Shown: in pieces, positions 1-10,900 of the stretch
Layout: the number at the start of each line of letters is the position of its first letter
Position numbering within the stretch: the first letter of the stretch is position 1
Assembly (NCBI GenBank): GCA_032718475.1
Contig: JAUCBJ010007313.1
Span: forward strand, 1 to 40,133
DNA: 40,133 nucleotides
Reading direction: 5' to 3'
Source: Nemertoderma westbladi
Lineage: Eukaryota; Animalia; Xenacoelomorpha
Translations under genes and position numbers: made by a program
The notes under the pieces: generated by a model
Told to the model about the DNA's origin: nothing
Database searches by the model: none
The model's input: only the letters and a program-made list of their open reading frames with translations

Positions 1-36
1 AGGTTAAACTGCTAAAGGTCTTCAAAAGCGCGAACA
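1..36 (+). mobile_element. 3' terminus of an LTR related to the BEL/Pao element (3' LTR or solo LTR, rest outside window)
   Basis: AGGTTAAACTGCTAAAGGTCTTCAAAAGCGCGAACA closely matches the LTR end GGGTTAAACTGCCAAAGGTCTAAAAGCGCGAACA at 3252 and 19429; followed directly by minisatellite sequence. Confidence 0.85.
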
Positions 37-1828
37 GTATCCATTACATACCTTGGTATCCACCAGTAGTTGGTGGTTGGTACAGCTACCGGTACGGCCC
101 CGTGTATCCATTACATACCTCGGTATCCACCAGTAGTTGGTGGTTGGTACAGCTACCGGTACAGCCCCGTGTATCCATTACATACCTTGGTATCCACCAG
201 TAGTTGGTGGTTGGTACAGCTACCGGTACGGCCCCGTGTATCCATTACATACCTCGGTATCCACCAGTAGTTGGTGGTTGGTACAGCTACCGGTAGGTTA
301 TTACCGGTACGGCCCCGTGTATCCATTACATACCTTGGTATCCACCAGTAGTTGGTGGTTGGTACAGCTACCGGTACAGCCCCGTGTATCCATTACATAC
401 CTCGGTATCCACCAGTAGTTGGTGGTTGGTACAGCTACCGGTACAGCCCCGTGTATCCATTACATACCTTGGTATCCACCAGTAGTTGGTGGTTGGTACA
501 GCTACCGGTACAGCCCCGTGTATCCATTACATACCTTGGTATCCACCAGTAGTTGGTGGTTGGTACAGCTACCGGTACGGCCCCGTGTATCCATTACATA
601 CCTTGGTATCCACCAGTAGTTGGTGGTTGGTACAGCTACCGGTACGGCCCCGTGTATCCATTACATACCTTGGTATCCACTTTTAGTTGGTGGTTGGTAC
701 AGCTACCGGTACAGCCCCGTGTATCCATTACATACCTCGGTATCCACCAGTAGTTGGTGGTTGGTACAGCTACCGGTACAGCCCCGTGTATCCATTACAT
801 ACCTTGGTATCCACCAGTAGTTGGTGGTTGGTACAGCTACCGGTACAGCCCCGTGTATCCATTACATACCTTGGTATCCACCAGTAGTTGGTGGTTGGTA
901 CAGCTACCGGTAGGTTATTACCGGCACGGCCCCGTGTATCCATTACATACCTTGGTATCCACCAGTAGTTGGTGGTTGGTACAGCTACCGGTAGGTTATT
1001 ACCGGCACGGCCCCGTGTATCCATTACATACCTTGGTATCCACCAGTAGTTGGTGGTTGGTACAGCTACCGGTACGGCCCCGTGTATCCATTACATACCT
1101 TGGTATCCACCAGTAGTTGGTGGTTGGTACAGCTACCGGTACGGCCCCGTGTATCCATTACATACCTTGGTATCCACCAGTAGTTGGTGGTTGGTACAGC
1201 TACCGGTACGGCCCCGTGTATCCATTACATACCTTGGTATCCACCAGTAGTTGGTGGTTGGTACAGCTACCGGTAGGTTATTACCGGTACGGCCCCTTGT
1301 ATCCATTACATACCTTGGTATCCACCAGTAGTTGGTGGTTGGTACAGCTACCGGTACGGCCCCGTGTATCCATTACATACCTCGGTATCCACCAGTAGTT
1401 GGTGGTTGGTACAGCTACCGGTACGGCCCCGTGTATCCATTACATACCTTGGTATCCACCAGTAGTTGGTGGTTGGTACAGCTACCAGTACGGCCCCGTG
1501 TATCCATTACATACCTTGGTATCCACCAGTAGTTGGTGGTTGGTACAGCTACCGGTACGGCCCCGTGTATCCATTACATACCTTGGTATCCACCAGTAGT
1601 TGGTGGTTGGTACAGCTACCGGTAGGTTATTACCGGTACGGCCCCGTGTATCCATTACATACCTTGGTATCCACCAGTAGTTGGTGGTTGGTCCAGCTAC
1701 CGGTACGGCCCCGTGTATCCATTACATACCTTGGTATCCACCAGTAGTTGGTGGTTGGTACAGCTACCGGTACGGCCCCGTGTATCCATTACATACCTTG
1801 GTATCCACCTTTAGTTGGTGGTTGGTAC
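37..1828. repeat. 67-bp minisatellite, about 26 copies, five of them with a 14-bp insertion (81-bp variant)
   Basis: Unit GTATCCATTACATACCTTGGTATCCACCAGTAGTTGGTGGTTGGTACAGCTACCGGTACGGCCCCGT; last copy overlaps the cadherin exon end. Confidence 0.97.
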
Positions 1829-1983
1829 GAACGCGAACGTTCCCCGTTATCCCGTCCAGCTCGAAGTTTTTATCCGCCACCGGCATGGAATAAAACACGG
1901 TACCGTAACTACCGCTGTCCTTATCTTCGGCCAGTACAGTTACTATGGGGATAGTGGGTGGTTGGGTGGCTGACACAAAGGCA
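1797..1983 (-). CDS. cadherin exon 18
   Basis: AFVSATQPP...VLAEDKDSG...FELDGITG...KVDTK; ctacag acceptor, AAG/gtatgt donor (a weaker in-frame donor gtggat lies 12 nt earlier). Confidence 0.88.
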
Positions 1984-4900
1984 CTGTAGGAAATTTAATA
2001 AATAATAATGAAATAAAATATACTAATTGGTGTTTCAATATGTTAAAAATGAAAATTAAAATATATTTTTTTAAAAATGATATTGTAAAAGCTTTTGTGG
2101 AATAACTGATTCGTTTGCCTTGCTAACCAGTTCCCCCCCAGTCGCTAGAATACTCTAAAAAGGGATATATAACTCGAATAGCACAAGCTACCGGCTGATT
2201 GGCTGATTCGCTGTGCGAAGGGATCTGGGCTACGTTTGATTGTCCAACTAGCTTGGGAAAGTATCTCCCAATAGAATTTGAGTTGATTTTGATTTCGACC
2301 TATCACAGGTCTACTGAACTGAATTTTCCTATCTTTATGCTCTTTCTCTGTGTTGGGTGGAAGCCTTTGTAAATAAGGTTATTCTTATCAGTTTTCAGTG
2401 TTGTTGGTCTTTCTTTCCTGAGCCAGGAGAGAACGGCTTGTAAATATTTTGTGCTTTTCTGTTTTAGTCTAACACTAGTAGGCTTAATTATAAAGGGCAT
2501 ATATCCGTTATCACAACAATCAACAACTCAAAACAAACTAATGAACTTAACGCACACTGAATCACTGTGCATACTTTTATATTGTTATACTGCTATTTAC
2601 TGTCAGTTCTTCATAATATGGTTGATGAATTATTATATTTGGAATAACGATAAATAACCCCGAAACCCAATATTCTTGATATACCGAAGGTAAGAGAGAA
2701 AGGTTACATATAACGATTGTGACTTATGTTAAAGTGGTTTGAAGTGAATCTAATGTTATTTGATAGACCCTACATGATTCGGTCCGTGTTCCTTTTATAT
2801 GTGACTAAAATCAGTGAAGATCGGCAGATTAGTGTGCAGTATTGTGCAGCATTGTGTATGAGTGAGACTGATAACGAAGCATTTCCTAAAGAATGCGCCA
2901 TATATGTGAATTATAACTAAGCCATATCGTTGTGAGTAGTTTAAGTCATAACTCTGTTTATATAGATAGAGCGCCACGTCCTAAAGGAACTGTTAATATT
3001 CCCCGAAGGTAAATAATATTGTCAGAGATTATATAATACTGTCAGTCGAATAATACATTAGGCTTATATAGCAATAAGATTAAGCCGTCGAACCCAATCT
3101 CCCGGGTATATCCAGCGGGTGAATGATCGCGCACAGATTGGTTTCGACTAGTGTAGTGAATTAAATACTTGTCATAGACTAAAAGTGATTTATTATCTAG
3201 AAGACATCATAATTTGGCGGGTTAAACTGCCAAAGGTCTAAAAGCGCGAACAATAACGGATATAGCTTTATTGCAGTAAGCAATAAAGTTGAAAGTACCG
3301 GTCAACCGGTAAACCTGAACGGTACTTCAGTAGGTCAGTAGGCCCAACTGTCCTAACCGGTACTTCCCGTATAAGTACAGCAGTATTATTCGATTTGATC
3401 TTTATATGCCGGTAGGTCTTAATAATTAATCGGGGACGCCTGGTTTTTATTGGGATTTTACTTAGGCCTATTTCTGTCAGTTTTATTTATTTGTAGGCCA
3501 GTATTGAACAGAAGGCGTGTAAGCCTGATCAGATTGTACAGACAATTTGTAGGTTGAACTGTTGTCTGATTGCTGTTAGGTCTGAACGGATTGCAGCGTG
3601 TGTAGATCATCTGTCCGATAAAGAACGGTTAGGAAGTAGGGGCAGCGAATGCTGTAAGGTAAACCCCCAACTAAAGAATAAGTCGTACTACTGGGTTAGA
3701 ACGCATACTACCTAATTATTTCGGAGTCTGCATGTCCTGTAGTTTATTTAGGCTTGAGAGTAGTCTGCCATCGTTGAGTCTGTACTTTGTTTGTGTAAGT
3801 CTGTACGGGTAGCGTATAATATTTATTTAGATAATTTGTAGGCTGGATAGTTGTCTGGCTGTTATTAGGTCTGAACGGATTGCAGCGTGTGTAGATCACT
3901 TGTCCGATAAAGAACGGTTAGGAAGTAGGGGCAGCGAATGCTGTAAGGTAAACCCCCTACTAAAGAATAAGTCGTACTACTGGGTTAGAACGCATACTAC
4001 CTAATTATTTCGGAGTCTGCATATACCGTAGTTTGTTTAGGCTTGATAGTAGTCTGTCAGTGTTCGGTCTGCATTTTGTTTGAGTAGTTTGTACGCGTAG
4101 CGTAATATTTATTATTCAGAGTTTATGCGATTATTCGCAACATTCATTCCCCAAGTTTGTTCCTACAGTAATTGTGTTTGTTATACATACCGCTATAGTT
4201 AAATTAACCCCGGTACTACACGGGCTGCTTGGCGTAGGTAAAGACTGGTGATTTTGTGCATCGGTCACTCCAGCAGATGCCGTGGTTCTTTTAGCTGTTC
4301 AAGTATATTTAACTACAGATTATATGTTATACAAGTACTCGTACCTAATTTAGGGTTTAGTGTACAGTGCTTTCCGAAAGTAATTAGTGTAGGCATTACA
4401 TTTGTATTGTAAAGTGGTTGATAGGCACGTTCGATTAGCTCTATTAACTTCTAGGTAGGAACACTCCGTGATACATAACGTAGAACCTATAGCGATACGG
4501 CTATAGGTCGTCAGGTGGTGGTATTTTCCTATCTGGACAACGCAGTGTATTTACTACTACGTATTATTTTCAAATACCGCAGTACCCTGTCCGTTGTAAT
4601 AACCAGATACTAACCCTTTGTTAGGCTGGTTTGTAGACTTCTTGTAAAATTACCCTGAAAATTCGTATTTTGTGTTTTTTGTAAATTTTTGTGTTTATTT
4701 AGAGATTGTAATCTCACCCGAATTGTACGTAATTTGTAGTATTAAGTAACTTAGGTAAATTAGAATTATTTGTTTTAGTGTCCTATAAGTAACACTTCAC
4801 TGAAAGCGCACCGCTTTGTGTAGTGATTACTCCCCAGAAATAATAACATTTATTTCAAACATTGAAAAAACCCATTAAAACGGGTATATATATATTATAA

Positions 4901-7900
4901 ATCAAATCTAACGATTTATAAATAGTAGGCCTACCATACAACCATTAGGTCCCCATATCAGTTGGTCTACTGCTCAAATAGCAGTAATAAAGTAAGTAAA
5001 GTAACCAAGTAACCCTAAAATTCAGAAATTCAATTATTTAAAATAATTGATATACCGGTATTCCCAATAGGCCTATTATCTTTATTTCTATAAATCTAGG
5101 CTGAAATTATACCGGTACTTGTAATTAATTCTATTCCAGAATTATACATACTACAAACTGTAAGCTGTATACCGGTATTCCCGATAGGCCTATTATATAT
5201 TTATATATATTTGTGCTAAAATTATACCGGTATTCTGTGATAAACCTAGTCTGTAATAATACTTATATAGTTATATAAATACTATAAGTATACCAGTGTT
5301 CTAATATATTATATATATATCCTACTACACTGAGTAGCAGTATCGGTAATTAATTACTAGGCTAGCAGCTAATACTGAGTTACTAGACTTGCTCAGACTG
5401 TAATACAGCAGTAGACATTCAACGGTATACATAGACATGTCTGATACTAAGCAGAACCTGTCAGACAGTTTATTAGATGTAACTATCTGCGACTCAGATA
5501 GAGGCGTAGAACCGTCTGGTCGTAAGTTCAGTTCACCTCCCACTGTGAGGAAGGTCATCCCTCCTGTAGTAATAACCGAACCTAGGCTGGTCCAACATCG
5601 TAGGTTTATCATAGGCACTCGAGCTCAGGTCAAGCGGGACCAAGAAGCAGCAGAACAGCAACAACCCGCGAGACAAGAACTTATTTCTCAGCGGCCCAAC
5701 AGTTCCAGTAGTGATGATACTGTAGAGCTGACACCCGAGCGCGGAGCGAAGATGACGGATGCGGTTTATTCGGATCCCCTTCTCATCCTTCCTGCAGCCG
5801 TACTCACCAGGTTATTGATCGCTGTGGAAGAACACCAGATCGATTGGGCGAGAAGCCAGCGTTCAACTAGAGATAGTTATGCTGGATACACAAGAGAAGA
5901 ACTGAAGTCCATAGTCGAGTCGCAATGGAACTTCCCCGGACCCGGACTCCCGTTTGATTTATCCGAAGCTGCCTGGGAAGACATACACCGGATGGGAGTA
6001 GCCAAGGAAACCATCGATCCAGCTGTGTGGAAGAGGTCCGCAGCCGGATACGCACAGGGATTCTTCAGCTCTATGGAGCGAGTAGAAAAACAACTGTTAC
6101 AACAACCTCAAGGACCTCAAGAGCAGGGACAGCTGCTTTATCAAGTAAGAGAAAGAATTCTACGAATCAGGTTAATATTATCGGCCTTTGAGGAGGCTTC
6201 TAAACGAAGACAAGACACGTCGTTGCAAGTTGCCATAAAAACTTGGTTTCAACGGGTGAGTCGCCAGGTGCAAGGAACAGCTCAGTGGAAAGCTCAGCTG
6301 GAGGAGCGCTCAACCCATGGAGAATCAACAGACGCTACTTATTCCCAAGTGGAAAGTGAAGCGACGGCAGAGAAACCGCATAAGAGGGATGCCATTGACA
6401 TCTATCTGTCGGACTATCAACGTTTTTTAGGTAATGACGAGTTGAGGAGAAGGTTAGAGGGACTTAGCCCTAATAGTGAAGGAACCAAGCTTGTGTTGGA
6501 TGCCATCGATGTGGAAATGAGGGCTGCGAATCAGGCTAAATTCGATGAACAACTCCGCCTGACACGAGTCCAAGAAGAGCAAGTAAAGAAAAAACGCATA
6601 GAAGACAGAAAGAAAGCGGCAGTGGTAGCTGCAGAAGCAGAAAGAAAAGCGGCAGCGGCAGAGGCAGCAGCAGAGGAAAAAGCGGCAGCGGCAGCGGTAG
6701 CGGCAGCGGCAGAAGCAAAGGCGGCCGAGGCTGAGAGAAAGGCCGCAGAGGCAGTGGCAGAAGCCGAACGGAGAGCGACTGAAGAAACCACCCAATTAGA
6801 ATTGGAAAACATTCAGGAGAATCAAGACTGCATAAATAAACAGTTAACAGCTAGTAATATGCAGATGATGAATCGATCTACTCCCAAAAGACAGAGATAT
6901 ACATCATCTGAGGAAGGCGATACCACCGATACTGAAGGCAAGGGAAATAGATCTCGTCTAAGTAGACGTAAAAGAACATTCCACCGTCAGAAATTGCCTG
7001 ATTTGCCTCCAGCTGTTAGAAGGCAACTAAATAACACCAACTTAGGTAGTACAGAGCCCACAGACCAAATAATTAAAATAGAAAGACTCCCTACTATAGT
7101 AGATGAGCCTGAAATAATTAGGCCTGTTCTTGAAATCACCCCTTCGGTGATAGACACACCTGTGCTCCCTGAAACTACCTCTAAATTCCCTCTGCATAGC
7201 ACTAAGCTACCTGTGCCCCGTAGAACTGCCCAGGGGACAGTTCAGGTCCTGGACCCCGAGCGAAATATTCATAATTTGTCGCCCGTTGTCCCTCGTCCGC
7301 CCGCTACAACGTTGGCGACTCCCGCTTCGGCGGTCGAATGGGTGGACGAGGGACGGCGGGGGATGGATATCCTGCTCGGGCAGATGCAGGAGACTGTCCA
7401 GCAATTCAAGGGCACAGTAAGGGAAAGTAGGCTAGAGTTGCAAGAAGTGCAGCAAAGTATCGCGCTAGAACGCGATAAATTAGTAAATACTCAAAAGGGT
7501 ATACCGCCACCCTCTGTAACAATGTGTCAACCTGTTAGGTCTGAAGTATCTCATGCGCAAGGTGTGGAGCCTACACGCATATATACTGCTAGTGAGGTAG
7601 AAACTCCTATAGTGAACCCTATTAAGGGTAATTATAGACCTGTTGATAATGACATTCCCTATAGAACTGATCATAATCCGAGAAATGTATATACCGATAA
7701 CTCGATATTAAATAACACGATGGCCCAAGAAAGTTTTACGCGTCAAATGGCTAGAACCGAAGCCCGGCAAGCGGTAAAGGTGGGAGAGATCGTCAAGTTC
7801 AATGGAGATGAGATGAAATGGTTACCTTTTAATGAATATTACAAAGATAACATACAGAACTCTGTACTATCTAATGGAGAAAAACTTAGATACCTCATCG

Positions 7901-10900
7901 AGTGCTTGGAAGGATCTCCCAAGTTAATGGCGTTAAAGTTTATTGGACATCCAGACGGATTAAGACAAGTTTGGGACACACTAAACATCAGGTATGGTAA
8001 TAGGAATAATATCGCTAAGTATTTATATGCAAAATTAGTAGCGCCCAGAAAGTTCATCAGCAGTGGGATAATAGAGTTTTCCGATGAGATTCAAGAGATC
8101 TGTAGACAATTAGATTGGTTAGGTAAGTCTCATGAATACCAAAGTTCTATGGTTATTGGAGCTGTGGCTTCTACTTTACCGAAAGGTGGGGTAGGCACAC
8201 GCTGGGATAAGAAAGTACTATATATGATGGAACAACAACGACGAGACCCTACCATGACTGATCTCATGTCATTCTTGGATGGAGAAGTGAAATTGCAACT
8301 CCTCAAGCAGTCCCGAGAGAAGACACCGGAAAACAAGGTAAGTGAAAAACCCGTCTCTAGGAGAAAGGTAACACCAGTGTGTTATACAGACGACGGCGAA
8401 AGCCAGACTTCTCAAGGAGAAGATAGCGGGAAAGACACTGATAGATCTTATTATGTCAATAAAATGCCTAAAGATCAGGTAAGTAAATTCAAGTCTCGAG
8501 CAAATGACAGGAGAGAACCGATAAGAAAAACTCCTCCCACGTCTCCCAAGAGAATTCAGGTGAGAAAGCCCGAAGAAAAGGCAAGTGTACACAATGTGAC
8601 TCAGAATAAGGTAAGTAACATCAAACCGAAATGTGCGCTGTGTGACGGGACCCACCATTTGAATAGGTGTGATGAATTTCTAAAGAAATCATTAACGGAG
8701 AGACGCGAAGTTATGTGGGATAAGCGGTTATGTTATAATTGCCTCAGACAAGGACACCAACGGCGAACCTGTTTCTCTGACATAAGGTGTGCAAAGTGTG
8801 GTGCGAAACATCATATCTTGTTGCACACTGAATTCGATCGAAATAGTCCGAATCAGGTAAGTGATTCCGAGCTACATGTCCAATTCAGTGATGTGAACGA
8901 CACTGATCAATCTGAGATGGAAGGATTCTATACAGACGAGTTCTCCTACGAAAACGAATCCTGTTACATGATAAATACCGCAGTGTATCGAGCACTCACC
9001 TATGAAAAGGATACAGACAACGACTTCACTCTAACTACTTCAGAACGACAACCATCTTGGAAAGAGCCATCTTCCAATGTAGGGATCCGAGAGTTTCCTG
9101 TGGTGCAAGTAAGGGTTCACGGACCTAAGAGGAGTTATGTAGTGAACGCCCTCCTTGACTCCGGTAGTACAGGAACATTCATCGACAAAGAGCTAGCCGA
9201 AGATATATTTGCTGGACAACCCAAGTTCCAAACTAAGCTCAATATGTCCGGCATTATGCAAGTTTGGAAATCTACAATAACAGCTGATTATTATGTAGGC
9301 GCGTTGTCCACCCCACAAGATGAACTAGGAGAACACAGCATAAGGTCAGTAAAAATGGTGGCTATAAAGAACTTCGCTACTACTCAAGCAGACCTTTATA
9401 ATTGGGACGAGGATGAGAGCATCCAACATCTTAACATACCTCGATTCCAGACTGATTATCCTGGAGTACAAATACTCATCGGCCAAAACGCGCATGAGGC
9501 GCTGGAGACATTAGAGAAACGGCCTGCTCAACCGCAGCCACTACAGACCTATGCGGTAAGAACTAGAGTAGGTTGGTACTTTACTGGCCCTTCCCGTAGA
9601 ACACTCAGAGAAAGACTACCGCCAGACAGCGTATGCCAGGTGAGTGAATGGGAAGATGATACCAGTGAGGGAGACAACTTAACTGAGGGAACTCCATACT
9701 CCTCAGATAATGACGACGTTCACCAGCTTTTTGATGAGGAGAATACCATCGATCTCCTTAAGGAAAACGAGGCTTGGCAGAACCAAGTGAACTTATGTCA
9801 ACTTCTCTATCCATCTGAACGAGAAGCTTATAACGACGAGTTAAATGACGTCATTGAGCGTCATAATGCCAAGACTCGGGATGAACATGCCGTACGATTC
9901 TTTACGCAAGAGGCGGTAGAGCCCAATTCCTACGATAAAGCCTTGTCGGTGGAAGAGGAAAGGGCCAAGCAGATCCAAGAGACAACTACACGTTTCCTCA
10001 AAGATCAAGGTAGGTATGAAGTCGGTCTACCTTTCCGCAAGAAAGAACCGAAGTTCATCAATAACAGACCTTTGGCGGAAAAAAGAATCGCGCAACTCCA
10101 TCGACGCCTTACGGCTAATTCTTCAGCTAAAGCAATGTATCAAACACAGCTGGAAAAATTTATTAGTAAGGGATACGCGGAGAGAGTACCGGAAGAAACA
10201 CCTGTGACTGAAAGAACGTATTACTTAACTCACCATTACGTTCCTAAACCCGGTAAGACACACGAAGTGAGAGTAGTGTTTGATGGCTCCGCTCTTTACA
10301 TGGGTCAATCCCTTAACTCTGAATTGTTACCCGGACCCAACTTGCTTCAATCTTTGTTGGGAATTCTTTTAAGATTGAGACAATATTCGATTGCTTTCGC
10401 CTCCGATATAGAAGGCATGTTCTTACAAGTCAAGGTGTTAGATAAGGATCGAGATAGTCTACGATTTCTGTGGTGGCCCAAAGGAGACCTCAACCAGAAA
10501 CCGGTGGAGTACTGGATGACCATCCAGGCCTTTGGGATAATCTCAAGCCCTTCCAACGCCTGTTCGGTAGTGCGTACCACTGCAGAGGACAACAGAGAGG
10601 CCTTCTCTAAGGAAGTGATCGACAACATCAAGAGAGACATATACATGGACGACAATCTGAAGTCCCTTCCATCAGTTGAGGAAGCCATTGAGGTCGCTAA
10701 AGGAACGGTAGAGTGCTTAAAAAGAGGTGGTTTTCGATTAACAAAATTCACCAGCAACTCCCGTGAGTTTCTGGAGTCGATCCCCGCGGAAGATCGAGGG
10801 GCGAAAGATCTAGATTTGATCAAAGATGATCTGCCAGAAACCAAGACACTCGGCTTGAAATGGGACACAGAGCGAGATATCCTGTTTTTCCAGCTAAAAC

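Noticed and set aside
70-1747. Many 66-120 aa ORFs; CRISPR-like periodicity
   Set aside because: Translations of a 67-bp tandem repeat with TTG starts; no unique spacers and no cas genes; eukaryotic context
2303-2977. Short ORFs in the LTR (duplicated at 18480-19154)
   Set aside because: About 60-68 aa with no motifs; duplicated only because the LTRs are
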